DNA from: the human T2T-CHM13v2.0 reference genome, Homo sapiens
Strand: one strand, 5' to 3'
DNA: 64,000 nt
NCBI RefSeq assembly: GCF_009914755.1
Contig: NC_060926.1
The translations under genes and the position numbers were made by a program. Below the pieces are notes generated by a model, which saw only the letters and a program-made list of their open reading frames with translations, was not told where the DNA came from and made no database searches. This document shows positions 1-14,646 of the stretch, one piece after another. How positions within the stretch are numbered: the stretch's first letter is position 1; each line of letters starts with the position of its first letter.

Positions 1-1179
1 AGATGGAGGCTTGATGCTACTTGGAAAATGGCGAAGACAACACTGTCCGCAGTAATGGCATCTAGGGCTGATTGCTGGACAAGCATTTCCCGGCACAGGG
101 AAGGCACAGCTGGTTCAGGTTTCCCAGGAATGAGTTACCTGCATGTCATCCTGAGACCAGGCAGCAGTGGTGACAGCAAATTCATTCTCGGTTCATTGTA
201 ATTATCAATAAATGATAAGAAATTTCGTGAGAGATTGTTGCCCTTAAGCTTAAATCTGGGAGAGGAATTAATTTTGTTCTGAAGCAGACTGGCAGGGAGC
301 GCTTGTAAGTGATGCTGTGCTCACCTGTTAAGTCAAGAAGCAAAAGTGACAGAAACATTGACTCCACTATGACCCAGCATGCACCTATAGTATCAGGCAT
401 GTGATGCAGATGAAGGAAATAACACACCGTGACCCAGCATGCACCTGCAGCATGAGGCATGCGAAGCAGATAATGGAAATAACCTCAGATAGGATTTTCT
501 TTTGAAGGAAACATATTTTATATAAATTATCAATACTGCGGAACTGAAAAGCACACATTTGATTATTTTGTAAAGCAAAAAGGTACATTCACAGAACAGG
601 AAGCAGAAAAGAAATATTGGGGAAATTGAGTTAGTGATATGGAGAAAATTATGCTAAGAAAAAAAGACAAGTAAAAATATGAGATAGTGGATAGTAGGTA
701 CAAAGGACAAAACACATGATAAATATCCCTACTGAAGAAATTAAATGAAACAGATGTGATAATCAAATTACAACTACAAAACTTTCTTGATACAGTATTT
801 AGTATTTAGTTTTGGCACCCTCAGGATACACTGTTGACAAGAATTTCAAAAATAAATATTTAATAAAAGACTTCAAGAATCTTTGCAATACAAGATGAGT
901 GAATGAATGAATGGAATAAATTACCATCAACTGACCCAAATCTACCTTCTCTCAGACTTCATTTCTGAATAACTTTGGAATATCTTCCCAATTTACAAGA
1001 GTGAGATTAGGACCAGGAATTTGCTCCCCTTCCACATTGCATTTCATATGTGACAGTGCAGGGAGTCATTTTATGACAATTAAGTTCATGTTGAAAAGCA
1101 GCTGCCAACATATTGTCTCTTTGAGGCCATCACACAGTGGCCTGTCCAAATCTTTATTCCCAAAGCTGTCTTATTCTTT

Positions 1180-4130
1180 TATAGTATCATGCACCATACT
1201 ATTCACCAAAAGTCTGCAGTTCGGTGGTTTGTTGTGTATTCACAGAGCTGTGCAGCCATCCCTATAGTCCAATTTAAGAACTCTTTAGCACCCTTAATAT
1301 AAAACCCCATGTCCATTAAGCAATCAGTCCTGATTACCCCTCCCCCCAAATCCTGGCAACATCAAATCTACTTTATATCTCTAAAGATTTGCCTTCTGTG
1401 GACATTTTACATAGTGTTGGTCATACAGTTGGTCTTTTGTGGGTTCTTTTTTTTTTTATTATTATACTCTAAGTTTTAGGGTACATGTGCACATTGTGCA
1501 GGTTAGTTACATATGTATACATGTGCCATGCTGGTGCGCTGCACCCACTAACGTGTCATCTAGCATTAGGTATATCTCCCAATGCTATCCCTCCCCCCTC
1601 CCCCGACCCCACCACAGTCCCCAGAGTGTGATATTCCCCTTCCTGTGTCCATGTGATCTCATTGTGGGTTCTTTTGCTTAGCATAATGATTTCAAGTTCC
1701 ATGCACATTATAGTATTAGACCGTTTTCTTGTTACTACCAGATACATTCCATTGTAGCACATTTTGTTTATCCATTAATCAGCTGATAGACTTTGGGTTG
1801 TTCCACTATTTGACTAATATAAATAATGATGCTGTAAATATTTATGTGATTTTGAATGGACCTGGTTTTCAATTCTCTTAAGTGTAAAACTATGAGTGGA
1901 ATTACTGGCCACACTGTTTCCAATTATATTTCATTATTTTCAAAACTCCTAAAATCAGTAGTGTCTCTGATGTGATCATAATACTGGATCAAGAAAATTG
2001 TACCACTTGACATCCCCACCAGCAGTATATGAAAATTCCAGTTTCTGCATGTTACTACTAAAACTTTGTGTCTATTTTTTTTTAATTAAAATCATACTAG
2101 TGAGTGTGAGCTGGTGGCTTTGATTTGCATTTCCCTGATGATTAATAATGTTAAGTATCTTCACATGTAATTATTTGCCATTTGTATATTTTCTAATGTT
2201 TCCATTTTTAATTGGATTATTTATCTTTTTCGGTTGTGAGTGTTTTAAAAATAATTTTATGTTCTGGATACATGTAGATATAGGATTTACAAATATTTAC
2301 TCTCATTTTGTGGATTACCTTTTCATTTTCTTCAAAGTATCCTTTGTCATGTAAAGTTTTATATTTTGATGAAGTTCAGTTGATCTATTTTTACTTTTGC
2401 TATAGTTTTTTTCTTATTTTACCTAGCAAACAATTGTCTGACCCAAGATTATAAAGATACACTCCTATGTTTTCCTTTGGACTTTTATAATTTTCTTTCT
2501 TACTATTAGGTAAAGGGTCTATTCTGAGTATATTTTTGTATTTTTGTGATTGTGTGAAGAACAAATATAAACGTATTTATTTTTTAAATTGTGGATATCC
2601 AGAGAGCCCAGCATCATATTTTCAAAAGTCTTTTCTTCTCTCCTTTGAATTGTCCTGGAAATCCTGTTGAAAATCAAATTATATAATACATGTGAGGGTT
2701 TATTTCTGGATACTCATTCCCATTCCATTGATCTATATCTCTATTTTTATAAAGCTATGTTAATATTTTCATGCTTATGCCAGCACTGTACTGCCTTGAT
2801 TATTGTTCCTTGGTAGTAAGTTTTGAAATTAGGAAATGTGAACCTCCAACTTTGTTCTTCTTTGTTAGGATTGTTTCTGACAGTCCTGGGTTCCTGGAAC
2901 ATCCATAAAATTTTAGAATTAGCTTGTCAATTTCTGCAAATAAATCAGCTGGGATTTTGATAGACATTGTATTGAATCTGTAGATCAATTTGAGAATTAT
3001 CCATTTCATAATATTAAGAATTTATTAAATTTTAACTGTATTGCCTTCAATCCATGAACATGGACTGTCTTTCTATTTATTTAGTTCTTCCATTTATTTA
3101 CTTATTTCATTTTCATTAACAATGATATATAGGTTTCAGAGTTTTGCATTTCTCTTAATGAAATTATTCTCAGGGTTTTTATTCTTCAGTTTAACTCCTA
3201 TAAATAGAATTATTTCCTTAATTTTAGTTTTTAGAATGTTAATTGCAAACATATATAAATACAATTGGCTTTTGCTTATTGATCTCGTATCCTGCCACAT
3301 TGCCAAACTCATTTATTAGTTCAAATAATTTTAACAGATTTCTTAAAATTTTCTAAGTACAGGATCATGTTATCTGCAAATAGAGATAATTTTACTTCTG
3401 AATGTCCTATCTAGATGAGTTTTAGTTCTTTTTTCCTCCTAATATTCCTTTGATAGGCACACCCAGTAAAATGTTAAATGGAAGTGGCAAGAATAAACGT
3501 ATTTGTCCCATTCTTGATTTTAGCAGAAAAACACTCAGACTTTCTTCCTATGTATATTGTTTACTATGGATTTTCCACAGATAACTTTTATCAGATTGAG
3601 GAAGTTCTGTTTTATACCTAGTTTGATGGACATTTTTATCATGAAAGGCTGTTGGATTTTATCTAATGCTTTTTCTGCATCTCTTGAGGTGATCATATGA
3701 TTTTGTCTTTTATTTACTCCATATGGGGTGGGGTATTGGATAAATTCCTTTCAGATGTTAAACCAACCTTGAATTTCTGGTATAAATCCCACTTAGATAT
3801 GGTGTATAATTTTTTAGAAATGTTGATGGATTTGATTGGCTTGTATTTGGTTTAGCATTTTGCATCTATATTCATGAGGGATATTATCTTGTAGTTTTCT
3901 TGTGGTGTCTGATCTGTGTCAGGGTAATATTTGTCCCATAGAATAAGTTGGAAATTATTTCCTCTTGATGTTTTTAGAAGAGTTTGTGAAGAATTTGTAT
4001 TCATTATTATTTAAATATTTGGCAGAATTCACTAGAAACTACTATTTCATTTCTGTGTTTGCTGGATATACATTCAGATTATGTATTTTTTATTCAATTT
4101 TGTTTATGTTTTTCTAGGAATGTGTCAATT
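1180..4130 (-). mobile_element. Old L1M (L1MB/L1MC-like) 3' end and ORF2 remnant, interrupted by a young L1HS
   Basis: Antisense L1 ORF2/3'UTR motifs throughout. ORF 2800-3009(-) 'LIYRFNTMSIKIPADLFAEIDKLILKF' is degenerate ORF2p. Boundaries approximate. Confidence 0.8.
1451..1661 (-). mobile_element. 5'-truncated L1HS pre-Ta insertion (~210 bp) with 14-bp TSD
   Basis: Reverse complement reads GCTAGATGAC-ACG-TTAGTGGG (pre-Ta trinucleotide, 1552-1554) and AAAACTTAGAGTATAAT (L1HS-diagnostic G, 1469). Short poly(T). TSD ttgtgggttctttt at 1437-1450 and 1662-1675. Confidence 0.93.
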
Positions 4131-4910
4131 TCATTTAAGTTATATAATTTTCCCAAAGCTCTTTCACACCGCACTTTCTTTGACTTATTACTTCCTTCCT
4201 CTCTACAAAGAGCAGCACAACTTCCCCATAGTATGTGGAAAAGAAACACAATCAGGAGGAGAGAGAGAATTAGTTGGCAAACAGCTCCAAATTTTGCTCG
4301 AAAAAGACAAGGAAAAATAGAATTTCTGGTTTTAAAATTTTAACATATGACCTGAGCAGGTCCCAAAAGTCGTTATTTAGTGGAAGTTATTTTTTTGTTG
4401 TTGTTTGCCTTGTAATGAGGAAACACTTTTATTGTCTTTCTTAACCTCTAGTGATGGATAGATAGGTGTGACTGACCATAAACAAACATACTCTCAACTT
4501 GTGATTGCACACAGGTGGCCTGAGTGTCATGGAGGAGTTTTGACTGGTATGCAGTTTTCTGGTCCATACTGGGTTAAAATAGATTAATTTAAATATTTGA
4601 CAATTAGGTAGTTTTCACTTAAAAACTAAGAGAACTTTTCAAACACTTACCTTTCTGGCAACTTCGACTGCCAGAAATCAGCTCAGAAGTGAGCAACTTC
4701 TTTCCTCTTAGATGGTGCCCTCAATTTCTAATTCAACAGAATTCCTAGGATTTCTGATTGTGCTTGTTCCTGAGCCTAATATTTATTGTTGTGTTCCTTA
4801 CACCTTGTAGAAAAATGGGTTTAGGAATAAACATAAACATTTCTTGTGACTTCATCTAAATCAAAAGTGGGAAAGTAAAATGTAGATATGCTTATGCTGC
4901 CACAAACATT

Positions 4911-4990
4911 GTGTGTATCTATATATCTACATATAGACATACACATATGTGTATCTACATCTACATATATATGTATATGTGTGTATATAT
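4911..4990. repeat. Imperfect (TA/CA)n low-complexity tract
   Basis: Alternating purine-pyrimidine run such as gtgtgtatctatatatctacatatagacatacacatatgtg. Confidence 0.8.
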
Positions 4991-5329
4991 TGGTGGAAAC
5001 CAGTTTAGCTTTGCTGATTTATATTGCTTGTATTTGAGTTACCCAGTTTTTTTTTTTTTTTTTTTTTTTTTACTACCACTAGGTATTGATGAAAGCAACA
5101 CAAGAAAGACATTTTGGAGATGCTGGGGTACCTAAAATTTTCCTCTATTAACATGAGGGTTGCTCTGTAGCAGTGAATGAACAAAAGGAGCAAAGTTTGA
5201 AAACTGTCTGATTCCTTCTGTTTCATTGTTCATTTTATTTAATATTAATAATGTAAAACATCAACAAAGCCAAAACTATTGGATAAGATGCCTAAGGTTG
5301 TCAAGTGAGACTTTTTTTCTGTTTTGCCA

Positions 5330-5970
5330 ATACTAGTACCCCATGTGTGTCTGGTCATCAACTCAGCAGCACTTCGTTCTGTGTCTGCCTTGTTCCAGGC
5401 ACTGTTCTGGATTCCACTCTACAGGTACACAAGGTCTCTTACTCACTGTACCTTTTATTTTTTTGGTGGAATGGGAAGAAGTCAAAGAAATAAGCAAGTT
5501 CACAAATAAACAGAATAATTTTATAAAATGTTAAGGGGTATGTAGGATATAGAGCAGAAGGATATGAGAACATGTACTGGGGGCGTGACAAGCTCTAGGT
5601 TAAGCTGGGTGCCCTCTCTAAGCACGTGGCTTATGAACAGAAGCCTGGATGTCAACCATGAGCCAGCCATGAGGACGTGTAGGGAAGGACATGGTGAACA
5701 TGTGTCAGGGCTGAGAATGGACCATGATTTCCAGACTGTTGACAGTGACTTGACATGCAGAAAATGAAGTGAGAGATGTAGGATCGTGCAGATAATGGCA
5801 ATGGATTTGAATTGCATTCTGTCTGTGGTGAGAGCAATTGGTAGGTTTTCAACAGGAAAGTAGCATGATCTGATCTTCATTAAAGACTTCAATCTGACTG
5901 TGCTGTGGGACACAGAATGTCAGGATGGGAGCTGTGGCAGGAGTGTGGGCGAGGTGGCCATGACAGAGAC
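5330..5970 (-). mobile_element. L2 LINE remnant, apparently split by the downstream L1 and resuming near 11630-11730
   Basis: L2-like motifs (ccttgttccaggcactgttctgg; gcatgatctgatcttcattaaagac; ggtggccatgacagagacagaactagatt). Highly diverged. Confidence 0.55.
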
Positions 5971-5974
5971 AGAA

Positions 5975-8900
5975 CTAGATTGAGACCTCCCCATCACTCA
6001 CCTCAGCAGTTCTTGCATTTCTACATAGTGTGGTCTGGCAGGCCTGCCCTGTCTAGCTCTGCCAAACATAGACCCCCCTCTGGGGCTGAGTGGGGAGCCC
6101 AGGCCACCGGGCATTCCAGAGACCAGCCTGTTGCCTGAAGCACCAGAGAGCTTCTCTTGGTAAACAAAGATTAAACATAAACCCTTCTGCTACCACCACA
6201 ACTGGCCCTTACCTGCATGAATCACCTACTAGCCTAGAGCTGGAACTACACAACCCATTACAAAACCTGTTGACACAAGCGAACAGCACAAAGAAGCATG
6301 ATGAGATTCTTGAGACCTCCGCCACTCTGTCTCTGCAAGAGGCTGTTAGCCTACTCACCTGACCAGTACATCACTCCTACACCCAGCATTTGAGAAAGCC
6401 ATCATACAAAGGCTATCTATAGCCAAGGAGTTCACGCAGAATCTTTGCCACTGAAGGCACCTAAAAAGCCAGATGACTCTACACAACATACATTATAGTC
6501 ACATCCTCAAGGGTGAAAAAATTCATCCAAATGAAAGTAAATTCAAAAATAACAAGAAGGCATAGTTTATCTAGTTGAGAAGGAACCAGAAATTCTGGAA
6601 GTATGAACAGAGTATTACAGCAGCCCCCAAATATCACACTAATTCTCTAGCAGTATATCCTAACCAAAATGAAAACATGGAAATACAGATAGAGAATACA
6701 AACTATTGATTCTAGAGAAACTTGTTGAGTTTCAAGAGAAAGTTGAAAAACAACAGAAAGAAATCGGAAAAAAATCAAATTAGGACATGAAGGAAAAATT
6801 TACCAAAGAGATAGATATTAAAAGAAACAAATAAACAGAACTTCTAAGAATGAAAAATTCACTGAAGGAATTACAAAATACTGTTGAAGGCAGTAACAAT
6901 AGACTAGACCAAGCAGAAGAAAGAATCTCAAGAGTTTGAAGATCAGTCTTTCAAATTAACTCAAGCATAAAAAAAAAATTTAAGGCCTTTAAAGAGTATG
7001 GGATTATGTAAAATATCCACACCTACAATTCATAGGTATTCCTGAGGAAGAAGAAAAAGTAAAAGTTTGGAAAACATATCTGAGGAAATAATTGAAAATA
7101 AATTCCCTCATCTTGCTGGAGATTTAGACCTCCAGATATAAGAGGCCCAGAGAACTCTAGAAAGATACATTGCAAAATGGACTTCAACAAGACCTATAAT
7201 TATTACACTATCCAAAGACAATGTGAAGAAAAAAACTTTGAATCATCAAGACAAAAGCATCTGATTACCTGTAAAGGAGAGTCCATCAAATTTCTAAGCC
7301 TATCAATGGACTTATAAAGAGAAACCTCACAAACCAGAAGAGACTAGGGTTCTACTTTCAGGCTTCTTAATGATAAAAACTGTCAACCACAAATTTTATA
7401 TCTTGCTACACTAAGCTTCATAAATGAGGGAGAAGTATAGTATTTCCCAGACAAGAAAACACTAAAGTAATTTTCACCAAGAGACTGGCCCTGCAACAAA
7501 TGGAGAGTTCTAAACGTGGAAACAAAATGTTGATACCATAATAAAAGCATACAAAAGTAGAAAACTCACAGGTCTTATAAAACAATTATGCAAATGAGAC
7601 TACAAAGCAACTAGGGAACAATTAACATTATGACAGGAACAACACCTCACATATCAATATTAACTTTGAACATAAATGGATGACATGTTTCACTTAAATG
7701 ATGCAGATTGGCTAAATTGATTTAAAACAACAACAACATTATTCAACCATATGCTGCTTACAAGAAACCCACCTGAGTGGTAAGACATTAGTAGGCTCAA
7801 GGTAAAAATGTGGAAAAAATATTCCATGCAAAGGACACCAAAAACAATGATGAGTAGTTACACTAATATCAGATAAAACAGGCTTTAAATATACAACCAT
7901 AAAATGACAAGGAAGTTCGTTATATAATGATAAAGGTATCAATTCCACAGGAAGCTATAACAATCATAAATATACATGCCCCAACACTGGATCACCTAGA
8001 TTCATAAAACAAATAGTAGTAGAACTAAGAAAATAGCAATACAATAATAGTGGGGGACTTCAATACCCTACTGAGAGAACTAGACAAATCATTGAGATTG
8101 AAAATCAACTAAAAATTAGCGGACTAAAATTTGTGGACCAGATGGACATAACAAACACATTGCATTCTACTCAACAACTGCAGATTATATACTCTTCTCT
8201 TCAGTGCATAGAACATTTTCCAAGACAGACAACATATAAGGTCGCAAAACAAGTCTAAGTAAATTTTCAACAATCAAAATTATATAAAGTACTTTACTTT
8301 CTCAGACCATAGTGGAATAAAACTAGAAATCAATTCCAAGAGAAACTCCCCAAACTATACAAATATATGGAAATAAAACAACCTGGTCCTGAATGATCGT
8401 GGGGTGAAAAATGCTATTAAGATGGAAAATTTTTAAATTTTCTTTACCTGAATGAAAATGGAGCTACAACATACCAAAATATCTGGGATACAGAAAAATA
8501 AGTGCTGAAATGAAGCTTTATAGCATTAAATTTCTGCATGAAAAAATAGAAATATTACAAATTAACAACCTAACATTGCACATCAAGGAACCAGGAAAAG
8601 AAGAACAAACCAAACCCAAAGCTAACAGAAGAAAATAAATAAAGATAAAAGCAAAACCAAATAAAATTGAGACCAAAAAAATCATACAAAGCATCATCAA
8701 AACAAAAAGTTGTTTCTTTGAAAGGATAAATTAAATTAATAGACCACTAGCTATATTGACCAAGAAAAAAGATAAGATTTAAACAATCAGAAATGATAAA
8801 TATGACACTACAACTGATATCACAGAAATACAAAAGATCCTCAGAGACTACTGTGAACATTTCTGTTCACACAGACTAGAAAACCTAGAGGAAATACATA

Positions 8901-11630
8901 AATTCTTGGAAATATACAACCTCTCAATATTGAACCAGGAAGAAATAGAAATCCTGAACAACCCAATAACTTATTAAGTTGAATAAATGATTTAAAATTC
9001 TAACCAAAACAAGTCCAGGATCAGACAGTTTCACAGATAAATTATACTAGATGTACAAAGAAGAACTGGTACCAATCTTACTGAAACTATTTTAAAAAAT
9101 GAGGAGGAAGGACTCATTTCTCACTCATTCTATGAAACCAGTATCATCATGATAAAAAAAACCTAGCAAGAACACAACAAAAAAGAAAGCTACAGGCAAA
9201 TATCATAGATGAACATAGATGCAAAATCCTCAAGAAAGTACTAGCAAATAAAATCCAGCAGCATGTCAAAAATGTGATCAAAATTTTATCATGATCAGAT
9301 GAGTTTTAACTCCAGAAATGCAATGAAGGTATATGCAAATCAACAAATGTGATTCGCCACGTAAACAAAAAGTAAAAACCAAAAACATATAATCATCTCA
9401 ATAGATGCAGAAGAAGCATTCAATAAATTCCAACATCCCTTCATAATAAAACCCTGAACAAGCTAGGTATTGAAGGAACATACATAAAAATAATAAGAGC
9501 CATGTATGAGAAATGCACAGTCAACATCATACTGAATGGACAAACACCAAAAACATGCTCCTAAGAGCTGGAACAAGATGAAGATGTTCACTCTCACCTC
9601 TCCTATTCAACATAGTACTGAAAGTTTTAGCCAGATCAGTCAGTAAAGAGAAAGACATAAAAGACATCCAAATTGGAAAAGAGGATGTCAAATTATCTCT
9701 GTTTGCTGATGATGTGATCTTATACCTAGAAAATCCTCAAGACTCTTTCAAAAGACTCCTATATTTGAGAAATGAATTCAATAAAGTTTCAAGATAAAAA
9801 TAAATGTACAAAAATCAGTAGCATTTTTATACAACAATAATGATCAAGCTGAGAACCAATTCAGGAAGTCAATTCCATGTACAATAGCTACAATAAGTAA
9901 AATACCTAGGATTATATTTAACCAAGGAGGTAAAAGAATTCTACAAGAAAAACTATGAAGCACTGATGAAAGAAATCTTAGATGAAACAAACAAATGGAA
10001 AAACCTCCCTGGCTCATGGATTGAAAAAAATCAATATTATTAAAATAACCATACTACCCAAAGCAATCTAGAGATTCAGTGCAATTCTCACCAAAATATT
10101 AATATCATTTTTTAAAAGATTAGAAAAAAAGTCCTAAAATCCATGTGGAACTAAAAAAGAGGCTGAATAGCCAAGCAGTTCTAAGTAAAAAGAACAAAGC
10201 TGGAGGTATCACATTACCTGACTTCAAATTATACTACAAGGCTATATTAACCAAAAGAGCATGGTCCTGATATAAAAATAGATATGTAGATCAAGGAACA
10301 GAATAGAGAACCCAGACATAAAGCCACATACATACAGGCAACTGATCTTTTACAAAGTTGATGAAAACACACACTAATGTAAGGATACCCTATCCAAAAA
10401 TGGTGCTGGGAAAATTGGATAGCCATATGCAGAAGAATTCAGCTGGATCCATAGCTCTCACCATATACGAAAGTTAACTCAAAATAAGTTAAAAATTTAA
10501 ATATAACACCTGAAACTATAAAAAAACAGGAAGAAAATCTAGGAAAATCTCTTCTGGACATTGCCATGATCAAATAATTTATTACTAAGACCTCAAAAGC
10601 AAATGGAAAACATCCCAAAAATAGACAAATTGAACTAAAATGCTTCTGCACAGTGAAAGACAAAATTGACATAGTGAACAGACAACTTATAGAATGGGGG
10701 AAAATATTTGCAAACTGCATTTAGTGAGTAACTAATATCCAGAATCTACAAGGAATGCAAAAAACTCAATAACAAAAGCAACCACTTAAAAGTAGGCAAA
10801 AGTAGGCAAAAGACATGAACATATATTTTTCAAAAGACAAACAAATGGTTACAAGCATTTGAATTAATGCTGAACGACACTGATCATCACAGAAATGCAA
10901 ATTAAAACCACAATGAGATACCGCCTTATACCAGTCAGAATAGCTATTATTAAAAATTAAAAACAGATGTGTATGAGGATGTGGAGAAAATACTTATCTA
11001 TGGTTGGTTGAAATATAAATAGAACAACCTCTATGAAAAAGGGTATGAATATTTCTCAAAAAAAAAAAAAACCTAAAAATAAAACTGCCATTCAATCCAG
11101 CAATCCCATAAAGGATATATACCCAAAGGGAAAAAAATTATATCATTATATCAAAAAGATAGTTGTATGTTTACTGTGGCACTATTCACAGTAGCAAATA
11201 TCTGGAATCAATGTGTTCTTCAATGAATGAATGACTAGGTAAAGAAAATGTTATATATATATATATATTTATATAGTCACCCATAAAAAAGAATACAATC
11301 TTGTCTTTTTCAGCAACATGGATGGAAGTGGAGGTCATTATCTTAAACGAATTAACTCAGAAACAGCCAAATCCTGCATGTCCCTGCATGTTTCCACTTC
11401 CAAGTGAGAGCTGAATAAAGTGTACACACAACCATAGTAGAATAATAGACCTGGAGACTCAGAAAGTGGGGAGGGTGGTAAGAGATGAGAAATTACCTCA
11501 TGGGCACAATGTAAACTCTCTGGCTGATAGCTACACTAAAAGCCCGCATGCACCACTACATGGTATATCCATGTAACAAAACTGCACACGTACCCCCTAA
11601 ATCTATAAAAATAATTCAAAAAGAAAAAAA
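5975..11630 (+). mobile_element. Near full-length degenerate LINE-1, L1PB4-like (ORF1 remnant ~6500-7560, ORF2 remnant from ~7630)
   Basis: Continuous A-rich L1 sequence. ORF2 start atgacaggaacaacacctcacatatcaatattaac near 7630; EN-domain 'gtgggggacttcaatacccta'; RT 'ctgtttgctgatgatgtgatc'. The 3'UTR 'gatagctacactaaaagccc...gtaacaaaactgcacacgtaccccctaaatctataaaaataa' resembles L1PB4. Many stops and frameshifts. Confidence 0.9.
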
Positions 11631-12569
11631 TAATGGATTTGCACGAGTATATGAATCTATTATGGGAGGATGACAGTGGATAGTCAAGAGTGTGGCCTGG
11701 AATTGGGTAAGGTGAGGGACGGAGGTTTGCAAAGTGCATGTCTGGGTGACACAAGCCAGTGGCATCAGCTCAGGCATCAGCGGTGTCAGCCCCCAAACTC
11801 TGGACCCAGTTGGAGGCTTCCATAATTAACAGGGAGCATCAAACATATTAACCAAGCATTCATCATGTCTAGACTTCATTACATATGACATTATGATTTC
11901 TATTGTATTGGAGTCTAGAGAGAGGCCCAGGATTTCTGTACACATTTGGACAGGCTTCCTTCCTTCTGTCTTACCTTGGGTGCATTTGCCTGGCAGGTGA
12001 GAATGGTTAGGCAGCCAAGTGTTTCTGTGAGAACCTGTTCCAATGATGTCCTAAGCAGCTATGAGTTTCGGAAGGAGCTGCTGTGACGATCTATTAATAG
12101 ATGGTCCCTAATATGATGCACTTTTAAGCATCACTCGTGTAGCTACTTGCTATTATTTCATTTTGAAATCTTTATTACTTCAGATTACACTTATGTAACA
12201 TTGTTGAAACATCATATTTTCTTTGTACATAAACTTTTTGTTATTTCTCAAAGAAGTAATTGTAATTTGCTAGGCTTCTCCCCTTTATTCCTTAATGTGT
12301 ACTGTATTCTGGGGCTTCTGAAATCCCCATGCAAACTGAATGCTTAATTTAATACCTGTCATGACCTGAATTACTTCATTTGGGAAGAGAGCTATTACAA
12401 AGCAGCTGTGATAAAAGGAGAATTTGCCAAATATTTATACCTATACAGAATCCCCTAAACTGTGCAACCTATTTGGTTTTAATTCTATAAAAGAAGTTAT
12501 ACCATGTTTTATTCTTAATGATAGTGCCTGACATGACTGTCCTGTGACAAAAACTAAATCATTAGTCCC

Positions 12570-13875
12570 TGTAACAGGAAGTCTATATTCATAAAACTCT
12601 TACAAGATAACACAGGAAAAGCCTGGTTTATGTTGGATATGATGATGACTTTTGATATGACATCAAAAGTACAATCCATGAAAGAAATAACTGCTAATTT
12701 AAAATTGAAAACTTCTGCTCTGCAAAAGACATTGTTAAGATAATGAAAAGACAAGCCAAAGACTTGTAGAAAGTATTTGAAAAATAATCTCTGATAAATG
12801 GCTTGTACACAGGATATACAAAGAACTAAAACTCAACTACAAAACCTTGAAGAACCCATTAAAACTTGGGCAAAACGCTTGAACAGACACCTCATGTAGA
12901 TCTGCAGATGGCAGATAAGCATATGAGGATGCTCAATGTCACATGTCAGGGAATTGCAAATTACAGCCGCAATGAGACAACCCTACACCACTGTTAGCTG
13001 GCTAAAATCCAAAACGCTGACAGCACCAGATGCTGGCAAGGATGTGGAGCGATGGGGACTCTCCTTCGTTGTGGGTGTGAATGCAAGTATGGTGAAGTCA
13101 TTTTGGAAGACAGTTTGGTGGTTTCTTACTTTGCTAAACATATTCTTAACATAGAACCTAGCAGTTGTGCTCTCTGGACTTTACCCAAATGAATTGAAAA
13201 CTTATGTACCCACACAAAAAACATGCAGAGATGTTAACAAAAGCATTATTTATTTGTTTATTTTATAATTATGTATAATTGTCAAAAACTGGAAGCAACC
13301 AAGATGTCCTTCAGAAGGTGAATGGAGAAATAAACTATGGTTCATCCAGTCACTGTAATGTTATTCAACAGTAAAAAGAAATGAACTATCAAGCCACAAA
13401 AAAATGGAGGAAATTTACATGCAAATTACTAAGAAAGAAGTCAATCTGAAAAGGCTGCAGACTGCATGATGCCAACTGTATGACCTGTTGGAAAAGGCAG
13501 AACTCTAGAGACAGTAAAGAGATCATGGATTGTGGGGCGGGAGGGGTGAACAGGTGGAGCACCGAGGATGTTCAGGGCAGTGAAACTGAGTTGTATGATC
13601 CTGTAGTGGTGGACAGGTGTCATTATCTGTCTGTCCAAATCCACAGAATGCACAACACCTGGAGTGAACCTTGGTGTAAACCATGACTCTGGGTGACGAG
13701 GACATGTCCACGTAGGTTCACCAATGATAACAAATGCGCCGCCTGGGGGATGTTGATAATGAAGGGGCTGTGCACATGTGGGGGCGGTGGGGGTACGTGA
13801 ATTCTCTGTACCGTCCTCGTCCTCTCAGTTTCTCTGTGAAGCTAAAACCCCTCTAAGAATGAAATCTATTTTAAA
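12570..13875 (+). mobile_element. L1MC1/2-like 3' fragment
   Basis: ORF2 C-terminal remnants (e.g. 12936-13154) and a characteristic 3'UTR (aacaggtggagcaccgaggatgttcagggcagtgaaact...gtgaagctaaaacccctcta). Confidence 0.8.
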
Positions 13876-13887
13876 ATATTAACGTTG

Positions 13888-14190
<303 letters not shown>

Positions 14191-14345
14191 TTAACGTTGA
14201 CATTGCTCTTGAGACTTTATTTTTATATTATTTAAACATTGGATGAAAAATTTTACATGCCAACTGAATTATATGGAGGAAGCCAAGATAAATAATTAGC
14301 AATATAGTCTTCAGGGACATATGAGCAGAGTATTTGAAAACTCTG

Positions 14346-14646
14346 GAAATTGGAAATCATCATTCTCAGTAAACTATTGCAAGAACAAAAAACCAAACAC
14401 CGCATATTCTCACTCATAGGTGGGAATTGAACAATGAGATCACATGGACACAGGAAGGGGAATATCACACTCTGGGGACTGTGGTGGGGTGGGGGGAGGG
14501 ATAGCATTGGGAGATATACCTAATGCTAGATGACAAGTTAGTGGGTGCAGCGCACTAGCATGGCACATGTATACATATGTAACTAACCTGCACAATGTGC
14601 ACATGTACCTTAAAACTTAAGGTATAATTAAAAAAAAGAAAAAAAA
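14346..14646 (+). mobile_element. 5'-truncated young L1 (L1PA2-like) 3' end, ~300 bp
   Basis: gaaattggaaatcatcattctcagtaaacta...agatcacatggacacaggaaggggaatatcacactc...gctagatgacaagttag (GAG-type with CpG decay)...aaaacttaaggtataat, followed by poly(A). Confidence 0.92.
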
